A stretch of DNA of 64,000 nt from Heterodontus francisci (lineage: Eukaryota): the NCBI RefSeq assembly GCF_036365525.1, contig NC_090382.1:101738595-101802594 (forward strand). The letters are read 5' to 3'. The position numbers and the translations under genes were made by a program. The notes under the pieces were generated by a model that was not told the DNA's origin, did no database searches, and was given only the letters and a program-made list of their open reading frames with translations. How positions within the stretch are numbered: the stretch's first letter is position 1; each line of letters begins with the position of its first letter. Positions 50,631 to 62,989 of this stretch are shown here, one piece after another.

Positions 50631-50759
50631 ATGGAGTCATAGAATGATAATCATTTATGACATAGAAGGAGGCCATGCCAGTTGTCCAGGAAGCAATCAA
50701 GTCAGTCCCACACCTCCACTGGATCCCAGTAGCCCTGCAATTTTATTTCCTTCAAGTTT

Positions 50760-53010
50760 GAGGGAGAGAAGAGTAGATCTAAGACTAGTATTTTAAACTT
50801 AAACAATGGCAATTATGAGGGCATGAAAGCAGAGCGAGATAAAGTGAACTGGCAAATTAGGTTAAGGGATAGATCAATAGCGATGCAGTGGCAGACATTT
50901 AAGGGGATATTTCAGAATACACAGAATAGATACATCCCAATGAGAAAGAAAATTTCCAAGAGGAAGAACAGCCATCTGTGGTTAACTAAAACAGTTAAAG
51001 GTAGTATCAAGCTTAAAGAAAAAGCATATAATTGCGCAAAGATGGGTGGCAGGTCAGAAGATTGGGCAGAATATAAAAACAGCAAAGAATGACTAAAAGA
51101 TTGATGAGGAGGGAAAACTTAGAGCATGACAGAAAACTAGCTAGAAATACAAAAAAAGAGTTTCTATAGATCTTTAAAAAGAAAAGAGTTAACAAAGTGA
51201 GCATTGGACCTATAGAAAGTAAGTCAGGGAAATTAATAAGAGAAAATAAGGAGATAGCAGATGAATTCAACAGGTATTTTGCATCCGTCTTCACTATAGT
51301 GGATACAAGTAACATCCCAGAAATAGCTGTAAATCGGGAAATGAAAGGGAGGGAGGAACTCAAGAAAATTACAATCACCAGGGAAGTTGTACTGAGTAAC
51401 TTGTTGGAGCTGCGGGCTGACAAGTCCTGGATCCTGATGGACTTCATTCTCAGGTCCTAAAAGAAGTGGCTAGTGAGATAGTTGATGCATTGGTTTTAAT
51501 TTTCCAAAATTCCAGAGATTCAGAGAAGGTTCCATTAGATTGCAAAATCGCCTATATAACTCCTTTATTCAAAAAGGGAGAGACAGAACGCAGAAACAGG
51601 TGAGTTAGCTTAACATCTGTCGTCGGGAAAATGCTAGGAGCTATTATTAAAGGCATAATAGCAGGGCACTTAGAAAAATTCAAGGTAATCAGGTAGAGTC
51701 AACATGGTTTTGTGAAAGGGAAATCATGTTGAACCAATTTATTGGAGTTCTTTGAAGTAGTAACATGTGCTGTGGATAAAGGGGAACTAGTGGATGTACT
51801 ATACTTCGATTTCCAGAAGGCATTTGATAAGGTACCGCATCAAAGGTTATTGAGAAAAATAAAAGCTCATGGTGTATGGGGTAAAATATTGGCATGGATA
51901 GAAGATTGGCTAGCTAACAGAAAACAGAGAGTAGGCATAAATGAGTCATTTTCTGGTTGACAAGATGTAATGAGTGGTGTGCCACAGGGATCAGTGCTGG
52001 GCCTCAACATTTTACAGTTTATATAAATGATTTGGATAAAGGAATCAAAGGTATAGTTGCTAAATTTGCTGATGACACAAAAATAGGTAGGAAAGTAAGC
52101 TGTGAAGAGGGCATAATGAGGCTACCAAGGGATACAGATAGCTGCCAGACCTGCTGAGTGATTCCAGCATTTCTTGTTTTTGATACAGATAGTTTGAGTG
52201 AGTGGGCAAAGATCTGGCAAATGGAGTATAGTGTGGGAAAATGTGAAATTGTCCATTTTGGCAGAAATAATAAGAAAGAAGCATATTATCCAAATGGTGA
52301 GAGATTGCAGAGCTCTGAGATGCAGGAGGGATCTGGGTGTCCTAATGCATGAATTGCAAAAGGTTAGTATGCAGATTCAGCAAGTAATTCGGGAAACCAA
52401 TAGAATGTTATAGTTTATTGCAAGGGGAATTGAATACAAAAGTAGGGCAGTTATGCTTCAGTTATACAGGGCATTGGTGAGACCACATCTGGAGTACTGT
52501 GTACAGTATTGGTCTCCTTATTTAAGGAAGGATGTAAATGCATTGGAAGCAGTTCAGAGAAGGCTTAGTAGATGAATATCTGGAATGGGCGGGTTGATTT
52601 ATAAGGAAAGGTTGGACAGGCTAGGCTTGTATCTGCTGGAATTTAGAAGAGTAAGAAGGGGTCTTGACAGGGTGGATGTGGAAAGGATGATTTCCCTTGT
52701 GGGAGAATCTAGAACTAGGGGTCACTGTTTAAAAGTAAGGGATCACCCATTTAAGACAGAGATGAGGAGAATTTTATTCTCTGAGGTCATGAGTCATTGG
52801 AACTCTCTTCCTCAAAAGGCAGTGGAAGCAGAGGCTTTAAATATTTTTAAACAGAGGTAAATAGATTCTTGATAAACAAGGGGGTGAAAGGTTATCGGGA
52901 GTACGCAGGAATGTGGAGTCAAGGTAACAATCGGGATCAGCCATGATCTTGTAGAATGGCAGAGCAGGCTTGAGTGGCCGAGTGGCCTACTCCTGCTCCT
53001 AATTCGTATG
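50760..53010 (+). mobile_element. CR1 ORF2 fragment to 3' end
   Basis: DVLYFDFQKAFDKVPH, KFADDTK and TRGHCLK motifs. Confidence 0.9.
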
Positions 53011-53019
53011 TTTTTATAT

Positions 53020-54050
53020 TCATATGCCCATTCAATTTCCTTTTGAAATCATTGATTGCCTCTGTTTTCGCCATTCTGTGGGCAGTGAGTTCCAGGTCAT
53101 CACCCTTTGCTGTGTTAACAAATATTCTCCCTCACATTCCCCCTGCATCTCTTGCCCAAAACCTTCAATCTTTGTCCCCTAGTCCTTGTGCCATCACTTC
53201 ATGGGAAGTTTTTCCTTGTCTAATTTATCTAAGCCTGTCATAATCTTATACATCTCTCCCAAATCTCCCCTCAATCGCCTTTGCTCCAGGGAGAACAACA
53301 CCAGCTTTTCCAAGAGAGTTCCAAAGACTCACGACCCTCTGAGAGAAAGAATTACTCCTCATCTCTGTCTTAAATGGGTGACCCCTTATTTTTAAATAGT
53401 GACCCCTAGTTCTAGATTATCCCACAAGCGGAAATATGCTTTCCACATCCACTCTGTCAAGACCTCTCTTACTCTTGTAACTAAAATACCCCATCCCCGG
53501 AACCATTCTGGTAAATCTCTTCTGCACCCTCTCAAGGACCCTCACATCTTTCCTAAAGTATGGTGACCAGAACTGAACACAATACTCTTTTTGGGGCCTC
53601 ACCAGATCTTTATAAAGGTTCAGCATAACTTCCCTGCTTTTGTACTCCATGCATCTATTTATGAAGCTTAAGATCCCATATGCCTTACCAACCACTCTCT
53701 CAATATGTCCTGCCACATTCAAACATCGATGCACATTCACCACTAGGTTCCTCTTTTCCTGCACACTCTTTAGAACTGTGTCATTACATCTATATTGCCT
53801 CACCCGATCCTTTCTGCAAAATGTATCACCTCACACTTACCTGTATTAAATTCCATCTGCCATTTGTCTGCCCAGTCTGCTAGCCTATCTAGGTCCTGTT
53901 ACAGGCTGCTTGTAACATCCATACTTGCCATTCCTCCAGGATTGGTATCATCAGCAAATTTTAAGTTTCTACTCTGTATTCCAAGATCCAAGTCATTTAC
54001 ATAAAGCAAAAAGAAAGCAATGATCCGAGCACTGACCCTTGGGTACACCA
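53020..54050 (-). mobile_element. CR1 fragments
   Basis: [21 protein letters not shown] and related motifs. Confidence 0.85.
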
Positions 54051-54059
54051 TTATCTACC

Positions 54060-54990
54060 ATCCACCAGTCTGAATATAGGAGGTATGATAAGTAAGATTG
54101 CAGATGACACGAAAATTGGTGGTGTCATAAATAGTGAGGAGGATAGATTACAGGGAGATATAGATGGGCTGGCAAGATGGGCGGAGTCCTGGCAAATGGA
54201 ATTTAATCCTGAAAAGTGAGAGGTAATGCATTTTGAGAGGACTAACAAGGCAAGGGAATATACAATGGATGGTAGGACCCTAGGAAGTACAGCAGGTCAG
54301 AAGGACCTTGGTGTACTTGTCCCATAGATCACTGAAGGCAGCAGCACAGGTAGATAAGGTGGTTAGGAAGGCATATGGGATACTTGCCTTTATTAGCCGA
54401 GGCATAGAATGTAAGAGCAGAGAGGTTATGATGGGAGCTATATAAAACGTTAGTTAGGCCACAGCTAGAGTACTGTGTACAATTCTGATCACCACACTAT
54501 AAGAAGGATGTGATTACACTGGAGACGGTGCAGAGGAGATTTACCAGGATGTTGCCTGGGCTGGAGAATTTCAGCTATGAAGAGAGACTGAAAAGGGTAT
54601 GGTTGTTTTCCTTGGAGCAGAGAAGGCTGAGAGGGGACATGATTGTGGTGTATAAGATTATGAGGGGCATTGACAAGTTAGATAGGAAGAAATGTTTTCC
54701 TTTAGCGGAGGGGTCAATAACCAGGGGGCATAGATTTAGGGGAAGGGGCAGGAGGTTTAATGGGGATTTGAGGAAAAATGTTTTCACCCAGAACTGTCTG
54801 AAGAGGTGGTGGAGGCAAGAACCCTCACAACATTTAAGAAGTAGTTAGATGAGCACTTGAAATGCCATAGCATACAAGGCTACGGGCCAAGTGCAGGAAT
54901 ATGGGATTAGAATAGTTGGGTGCTGGATGGCCGGCACAGACACGATGGGCCGAAGGGCCTGTTTCTGTGTTGTATAACTCTGACTCTATG
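54060..54990 (+). mobile_element. CR1 3' fragment
   Basis: IADDTKIGG and [14 protein letters not shown] motifs; tail actctgactctatga. Confidence 0.88.
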
Positions 54991-55411
54991 AAAAACAACC
55001 ATTTACTATGACTCACTGTTTTCTGTCCTTAAGGCAATTTTTTATTCAATTTTACCATCCTTTTATGTGTTACTTTATCAAATGCTTTCTTAATATCCAT
55101 ATCGACAACATTCCCTTCATCAACCTTCTCTGTTACTTTGTCAAAAAAATTCAACTAAATTAGTCAAGCATGATTTGCCTTTGACAATTTCATGCTGGCT
55201 CTTCTTAATTAACTCAAACCTCTCCAAGTGCCTGTTGATTATTTTTTCCCTTGATTATTATTTCTAAAATATTATCTACCAATAATGTTAAACTAACTGG
55301 CATGCAGTTGCTTGGACTGACCTTACACCCATTCTTGAATAAGGGTGGCACATTTGCCACTCTACAATCCTCTGGCACCACCCTGATGTCCAGGGAAGAT
55401 TGGAAGATTAT

Positions 55412-55590
55412 GGCAATCATCCAAACATTGATAAACAATCATTCAGTGGTCAATCATTCCTCCAGCCAATTACCCAATGATCTCCTGGCCAATCATCCCA
55501 TCATTCCCTGGCCAATCATTTTCCAGTCAATCATCCAATCATTTCCCCAACCAATCATTTACTGGCAAACAATCCTTGCCAATTGCCTCC
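55412..55590 (+). repeat. Imperfect (C)CAATCAT motif cluster
   Basis: About ten caatca(t)-like units in ~180 bp. Confidence 0.7.
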
Positions 55591-55666
55591 ACTTCAAGAA
55601 TATCTTTCCAGAAGTGACATTGGTTAAATATGTGTCAGATCCATATAAGTGGTAGAGACAGAGTGA

Positions 55667-56406
55667 CAGGGGAATTTTATCCTGGCGGTGAGGTTTTTTG
55701 ATATCCAGAGAAACCAATGTCAGGATCCCTGCGTTACCTCGTCTACAGAAGGCCCGCTGAATTTAGTGCCAATCGGGTACTTAAGTGGACAGTGGTGGGC
55801 CTTCCACAGGATCAAGGACCGCATCGCTGGAAGTCCTGCCCTTGCAGAGCTGCCGGCTAATTAAAGGCTGGCCGCTGCAGTGCTACCATGGAGGTGGTTG
55901 CTGCTGTTACAGGTCCACCAACTGGAGACCGAGGAGTGTCACTGGAACCAGGCCTCAGGTCAGGTTGGGAGGGGCCTCAGGGGGGTTGGGGATCGTGGGG
56001 GAGGTGGGTTGGCAGCAAGGGCAGGGTGGTCCTCAGTGGACCCTGCCCCTTCCTGATACAGGGTCCCTCGTTTAGGCCGTAAGTGCCTTTTAATGAGGGA
56101 TCACACCCCCTCCCCACCACCACCGGAGCAAGGAAGCAGCCAGCACGGTTTTCCATGCTGTGATTCCTGTGCGGTGCCAGGGCTGCCCGCTGCATGGATG
56201 ATTGCAGCTGCAGCGGGAAGAGGCCCTTAACTGGGGGTTAATTGCCCAATTAAGGGCCTCAATTGATAGTGGGGTGGGAAGGCCGTTCACAGATTAAATT
56301 TTGGCAAAGGCGGGACTGTGGTGGGAAATGCCCCGCACCATCCCACCTGATTGTAAACTCTGTCTGCCTCCAAATCTGACACGGGGGAGAGCATAAAATT
56401 CCGTGC
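55667..56406. mobile_element. Harbinger-type MITE
   Basis: ggggaattttat ... ataaaattcc termini; internal cttaagtgg and ttaattgccc motifs shared with the other MITEs. Confidence 0.6.
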
Positions 56407-56537
56407 CCTCCACCCCGCCAGTGTTACATTTTCCATATTTGCAAGGAAAGCAACTAAGTTATTGGCATCTAGTCTTATTACAGTGGGCAGAGAGGATATA
56501 ATGTTTAGAAGACTCCTACAGAAAGTCAGTCAGGCTT

Positions 56538-56733
56538 GAAACAGAAAGTTGCAAGGGCAAGCTAGGGCTAGGTTCAGAGATTTAGTTCGTAGCAGGATCA
56601 TTAGGAGTTAATTTGTTTATCTAAGTCATCAACACACTTGTTTGGGAAAGTATAGCATATTCATTATTTTGAACTTATGCACAAAGCCAAGTTATACTGA
56701 TTGAACTAAGTGAATCTGACCATAACTGTTATT
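56538..56733 (+). repeat. Intronic direct repeat, copy 1 (copy 2 at 58181-58351)
   Basis: gaaacagaaagttgcaagggcaagc...ataactgttatt; the copies differ by a 25-bp indel and a few substitutions. Confidence 0.92.
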
Positions 56734-56908
56734 ATGTCCATTCCTTTTGAGGTATATAATTTGACTTTTGATGTTAAGCTGTTTATATTGAAACACCTAT
56801 GATTGTGAACACTTAGTAATATAAAACTGAGGGGCTGTCATTACAAAAAAGCAGTAAGTGAAATAGCTTTCTATGAAAATTACAAAGAGCAAAATCTGAG
56901 AGACTTAC

Positions 56909-57178
56909 TGTTAAACTTCAGATAATATGGAATTAAAACCTTGGGTGTGTTTTGATGAAATAAAACACATGTCCAGTTCTCTCTGTCTCTATCGGTTTTC
57001 TGAATAATCAGCTGTAAAACATCCTCTTCCTGTTTTTGTTCCTTCAATGTTTTCTCTGCAACAGTTTTGCCATCATTATTAATCCAAACAAGTCTCATTG
57101 ATTTAGTGACATCAGAGACAGAGCAGGTCAGGGTAACGGTGTCTCCCTCAGTCACTGCATCAGGTGGTTCAGCTGTGA
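56909..57178 (-). CDS. Ig receptor exon: C2-type Ig domain with WxC F strand (putative D4)
   Basis: tttccacag|TC...AAC A|gtaagt; 270 nt, phase 1-1. Encodes VTAEPPDAVTEGDTVTLTCSVS...LVWIN...LQLIIQK...NWTCVLF. Separated from the V exon by a 78-bp intron. Confidence 0.92.
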
Positions 57179-57256
57179 CTGTGGAAACAAGAAAATCATT
57201 TAGATTTTAAACAATAACATGATCATTCAAAACCATGGGAACATTCTGTCTCCTAC

Positions 57257-57595
57257 CTTTAACTGTGATTAGTTTAAAGGTCACATATTTATATGATCCC
57301 AGAGAACATGTGTAAACTCCTGCATCTTCAAACAGTACAGGGACAATCCTCACACTGAAGTTCTTGCCATTAAAATTTGCCGCTACAGGGACCAGTCGAC
57401 TTCCAAAGTAGGTCCTGTTTATATTGAAAGGCTCAGATCTGTAAGTAGAAGCTATTTCTTTTTCTTGATTCTGAAAATAACGTGATGACCAGGTCCATTT
57501 AGTTCTATTGTGCTCAGATAAAGCTTTACAACTCAGGTAGAGTTCACTGTGATCTAAGCCTGACCGATAAAGTGTGTCTATTGCATTGTGTAAAT
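57257..57595 (-). CDS. Ig receptor exon: V-type Ig domain (putative D3)
   Basis: ctctattgcag|AT...AAA G|gtagga; 339 nt, phase 1-1. Encodes LYLSC...KWTW...FSVRIVPVLFEDAGVYTC (V-set DxGxYxC motif). Confidence 0.92.
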
Positions 57596-58180
57596 CTGCA
57601 ATAGAGAGAGGAAACAAGGTGTTAGATTTTTATAGATACTGAGATTCAAATGTTCTGAATTTCGATAGGGCCAAACAGCATCCTCCTAATATAAATCAGC
57701 CGGGAGTGTTGCATTGGGACAGGAAAATCAGCTGGAACCTGGATACACTGGCTGCTGGCTCAGGCTGACTATTGCTTAAATGCAAAGCCCATCCACACCA
57801 AACGTGGCCCCCATCAAAATGATAGTATAACAATATATCACAATCATTAAAATGCTAGGAACTAATTATGTGTAAATGTTCCAGTGGGGCCACATTCACG
57901 GATGCACTGCAGAGTCATGTGATGTGTAACAGGAAACCAGTCTGAAGTAGTCCTACACCATGCAGCATGGTGGCTGAATGGAATAAACAACGACTTCAGC
58001 CTTTCCAAGTTTAGTGTGATTATTTCCAACATCTGGAAGCCAGAAGACGTAACAGTAATATAGGATCAGAAAATGCTTGAAATACTCAGCAGGGCTGGTA
58101 GTATGTGTGGAGAGAGAAACAGAGTTAATTTTTTAGGTCTGTGGCCTTTCATCAGATATGAGTTTGATGAAAATCTGTCA

Positions 58181-58351
58181 GAAACAGAAAGTTGCAAGGG
58201 CAAGCTTGGGCCAGATTCAGAGATTTAGTTCATAGCAGGGTCATTAGGAGTTAATTTGTTTAGGAAAGTATAGCATGTTCATTATTTTGAACTTATGCAC
58301 AAAGCCAAGTTATACTGATTGAACTAAGTGAATCTGATCATAACTGTTATT
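58181..58351 (+). repeat. Intronic direct repeat, copy 2
   Basis: Matches 56538-56733. Confidence 0.92.
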
Positions 58352-58399
58352 CTGTAGGTTAACTTGCTGTGCACTAAAGCAGTTGAACAATTCATTACT

Positions 58400-61300
58400 G
58401 GCCTTTTGGTACAAGGGAAGAAGTTGATTGGTGAGTAACTGGTAAGTTATTTTACTTCCCATTGTAATAAAAAATTTTTAAAGTTACAGTATGGCAGGTC
58501 AGCTCAGCCAAGTGGAATGTACGTCCTGCGGTATGTGGAAAGTCATGGACACACCATGCGTCTGAGATGAACACATCTGTCACCGGCTGCAGAAGCTTGA
58601 GCTCCGGGTTTCAGAACTCGAGCAGTGGCTGCAGTCACTGTTCTGCATCCATGAGGCAGAGGACTACGTGGATAGCACGTTTCGGGAGGTGGTCATACCG
58701 CAGGTTAGGAGCATGCAGGCAGAGAGGGAATGGGTGACTGCCAGGCAGTCTATGAGAACCAGGCAGGCAGTACAGGAGTGCCCTGAGTCTATCTTGCTTG
58801 CTAATCAGTTTTCCATTTTGGATACTGGTGAGAGCAATGGATACATGGGGGAGTGCAGCCAAAGCAAAGTACGTGGCACCACGGGTGCCTCAGCTGCACA
58901 GGAGGGGAGGAAGAAGAGTGGAAGAGCAATAGTGATAGGGGATTCAATAGACAGGGGATCTGACAGGTGTTTCTGCGGCAGTAAACATGACTCCAGGATG
59001 GTGTGTTGCCTCCCTGGTGTCAGGGCCAAGGATGTCACGGAGCAGCTGCAGGACAACCTACTGGGGAAGGGTGAATAGCCAGAGGTCGTGGTCCACATTG
59101 ATACCAATGACATAGGTAGGAAGAGGGATAAGGTCCTGAAAGCAGATTTTAGGGAATTAGGAAGGAAATTAAAAAGCAGGGCCTTCAAAGCAGTATTCTC
59201 AGGATTACTCCCAGTGCCATGTGCTAGTGAGCATAGGAATAGGAGGATTGATCAATTGAACACGTGACTGGAGAATTGGTGTCGAAGGGCGGGCATCAGA
59301 TTTCTGAGGCATTGGGACCAGTTCTGGGGCAGGTGGGACCTGTACAAGATGGACGGGCTATACATAAAACAGGACTGGAACTAACATCCTTGCAGGGAGA
59401 TTTGCTAGTGCTGTTGCGGAGGATTTAAACTAGCTTGTCAGGGGGATGGGAGCCTGAGGGGTAGCTCAAATTGGAAGGAAGTAAAGCTGGTAACAGGAGG
59501 TAGAAAAGTAGCCAGTGACATTAGAAGGCAGGTGAAACAAAGACAAGCATCAACTAGGCCTAGAATGCAAAATGTCAAGAAGACAAGGTTAAGGGCACAC
59601 TACCTGAATGCACACAGTATTTGCAACAAGGTAGATGATTTAAAGGCCCAAATAGAAGTAAATGGGTATGATCTAATTGCCATAACGGAAATGCGGCTAC
59701 AGGGTGAGCAAGACTGGGAACTGAATATTCAAGGATATTCGACATTTAGGAAGGAAAGGCAGAAAGGAAAAGGATTTGGTGTTGTGCTAACAATAAGGGA
59801 TGGGATTAGTGCATTAGTAAGGGAGGATCTCAGATCGGAAGAACAAAATATGGACTCTGTTTGGGTGGAGCTAAGAAACAGCAAGGCGCAGCAAACATTG
59901 GTAGAAGTTGTTTATAGGCCACCAAACAGTAGTGGTAGTGTGGGGCATGGTATTAATCAGAAGATTAGAGAAGCATGTGACATAGGTAACACAGTAATCA
60001 TGGGTGATTTCAATCTGCATATAGACTGGGTAAACGCAATGAGCACTAATGTTGTGGAAGATGAGTTTCTAGAGTGCGTTAGGGATGGTTTTCTAGAGCA
60101 GTATGTTGAGGAACTAACTAGAGAACAGGCTATTTTAGATATAGTATTATGTATTGAGAAAGGGCTAATTAATAATCTTGTTGTAAAAGAACTTTTAGGG
60201 ATGAGTGACCATAATATGATAGAATTTTACATTGTGTTTGAAAGTGAGGTAGTTCAATCTGAATCGAGGGTGCTAAATTTGAACCAAGGAAATTATGAAG
60301 GTATGAAGGGCAAATTGGCTGAGGTGGATTGGGAAAATACATCAAAAGGTATGACAGTACATATGCAATAGATAGTCTTTTAAGAAATAGTACATAATTT
60401 ACAACAATTATACATTCCTTAAAGGCATGCAAACCCCAAACGTAAAGGCAGTCAACCATGGAAAACAAAGGAAGTCAAGAATTGTATAAGACTAAGAGAA
60501 AAGGCCTATAAAGTTGCCTGAAATAGTAGTAAACATGAGGATTGGGAGGGTTTTTAGAATACAGCAAAGGAGAACCAAGAAATTGATAAAGAAAGGGAGA
60601 ATAGAATATGAATGTAAGCTAGTAAAAAATATAAAGACAGACTTTAAAATCTTCTATAGGTACGTAAAAAGGAAACGTTTGGCGAAGACAAATGTGGGTC
60701 CATTACAGGCAGAGTCAGGAGAATTTATAATGGGGAACAGAGAAAAGGCAGTGAGGCTAAATGATTACTTTGTGTCTGTCTTCACTGAGGAAGATGCAAG
60801 AAATCTCCCAGAATTAGAGATCCAAGGGATTAGGGGGAAAATGATGAATTGAAGGAAATTAGTATTAGTAAGAAGGTTGTATTGGAGAAATTAATGGGGC
60901 TGAAGGTTGATAAGTCCCCAGAACCTGATATTCTACATATAAGAGTATTGAAAGAGGTAGCTGTGGAAATAATGGATGCATTGGTGATCATCTTCCAAAA
61001 TTCTATAGATTCTGGAGCAGTTCCTGCAGATTGGAAGGTCGCAAATGTCACCTCACTATTTAAGAAGGGAGTGAGAGAGAAAACAGGGCTCTACAGACCG
61101 GTTAGCCTAACATCAATTGTTGGGAAATGCTAGAATTTATTCTAAAGGATGTGATAAGTGGACACTTGGATAATAATGATCTGATTGGGCATAGTCAACA
61201 TGAATTTATGAATGGGAAATCATGTTTGACAAACCTGTTGAAGTTTTTTGAGGATGTTACTAACAGCATTGATAAAGGGGAGTCAGTGGACATGGCGTAC

Positions 61301-62465
61301 TTGGATTTTCAGAAGGCTTTTAATAAAGTTCCCCACAGGAGATTGGTTAGCAAAGTTAAAACACATGGGGTAGGAGGTAACATACTGGCATGGATAAGGA
61401 TTGGATAACAGGCAGAAAGCAGAGAGTAGGAATAAATGGGCCATTCTTGCATTGGCAGGCTGTGATTAGTGGGGTACTGCAGGGAGCAGTGCTTGGGCCC
61501 TGCTGTTCACAATATATATCAATGATTTGGATGCGGGGACCAAATGTAGTATTTCCAAGTTCACGGATGACACAAAACTAGGTGGGAATGTGTGTTGTGA
61601 GGAAGATGCAAAGCGGCTTCAAGGGGATTTGGACAGACTTAATGAGTGGACAAGAACGTGGCAGATGCAATATAATGTGGGAAAATGTGAGGTTATCCAC
61701 ATTGGTAGGAGAAATGGATGTGCAGAGTATTTCTTAAATGGTAAGAGATTAGAAAGTGTAGATGTACAAAGGGACCTGGTTGTCCTTATCAATAAGTCAC
61801 TGAAAGCTAACATGCAGGTGCAGCAAGCAATTATAAAGGCTAATGGTATGTTAGTCTTTGTCGCAAGAGGATTTGAGTAGAGGAGTAGTGAAGTCTTGTT
61901 TCAATTGTATAGAACCTTGGTAGACCGCACTTGGAGTACTGTGTGCAGTTTTGGTCCCCTTATCTTAGGAAGGATATTATTGCCATAGAGGGAGTAGATT
62001 CACCAGACTTGTTCCCGGGATGGCGGGACTGTTATATGAAGAGAGATTGGGGAAAATGGGCCTGTATTCTCTAAAGTTTCGATGAATGAGAAAGAAACCG
62101 ACAAAATACTTAAAGGGATAGACAGGGTAGATGCAGCTAAGATGTTTCTCCTGGTTGAGGAGTCTAGAACCAGGGGACACCATTTCAAAATAAGGGGGAA
62201 GCCACTTAGGACAGAGATGAGGAGAAATTTCTTTATCAGAGGGTTGTGAATCTTTAGAATTCTGTACCCCAAAGGGCTGTGGAAGCTCAGTCATTGAGTA
62301 TGTTTAAGGCAGAAATTGACAGATTTCTAAATACAAGTGATTTAAGGGGATATGGGGATAGTGTGGGAAAAGGCATTGAAGTGGATGATCAGCCATGATC
62401 ATATTGAATGGCAGGGCAGGTTCAATGGGCTGAATGGCCCACTCCTGTTCCTCTGTTCCTATGTC
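58400..62465 (+). mobile_element. Near full-length CR1 LINE (ORF1 zinc finger and SGNH esterase; ORF2 APE endonuclease and RT), inactivated
   Basis: VECTSCGMW, IVIGDS, VCCLPG, HIDTND; YLNAHS, AITE, VYRPPNS, MGDFN, SDH; DFQKAFNKVPH, KFTDDTK. Many stops and frameshifts. Confidence 0.95.
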
Positions 62466-62989
62466 TCACCAAGGGTTTTTTGGTTCACCTTCAAAAGCAA
62501 TCAACAGAAATATCCAGTTCAGGTCACAAGGGAATCTTATTCTTACACCCACTGGCGATGTGATCATTTATTCACATGTCAAGCAGTCAGAGAATACCCC
62601 TACATATAAGACACTCAGACCACTTTTGAGAGTTACCAGCTCCACTGTACTCAAGAGAATTTCTCAGGAAACACCCTAATGTTGTAACTATTATGCTGAT
62701 ATTTCTCCATTCCAATGTCGACTGGAAAGGAATTTCCTTTATTCGATTGAATGGATTTTATTATTTTTGATTCATAAATGTGAATTGAAATGAATCCATT
62801 GAATTCACCTGATTGGTTACATCATTCTTAATGTCCCTATTTTATATTTACACCCATGTTCCAGGGGAAAAAACAAGGACCACATTCTGCAGTAAATCCC
62901 ACAGTGGTTTCTGTGCTCACTGTATTTGTGTGTAACAGTTTTATATTAGTTATTATTTAATACCTACTGCAAGGTAGCTCTGGACTTAC

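Noticed and set aside
59532-60371. 279-aa endonuclease ORF as a host nuclease gene
   Set aside because: It is the APE domain of CR1 ORF2, flanked by ORF1 and broken RT segments.
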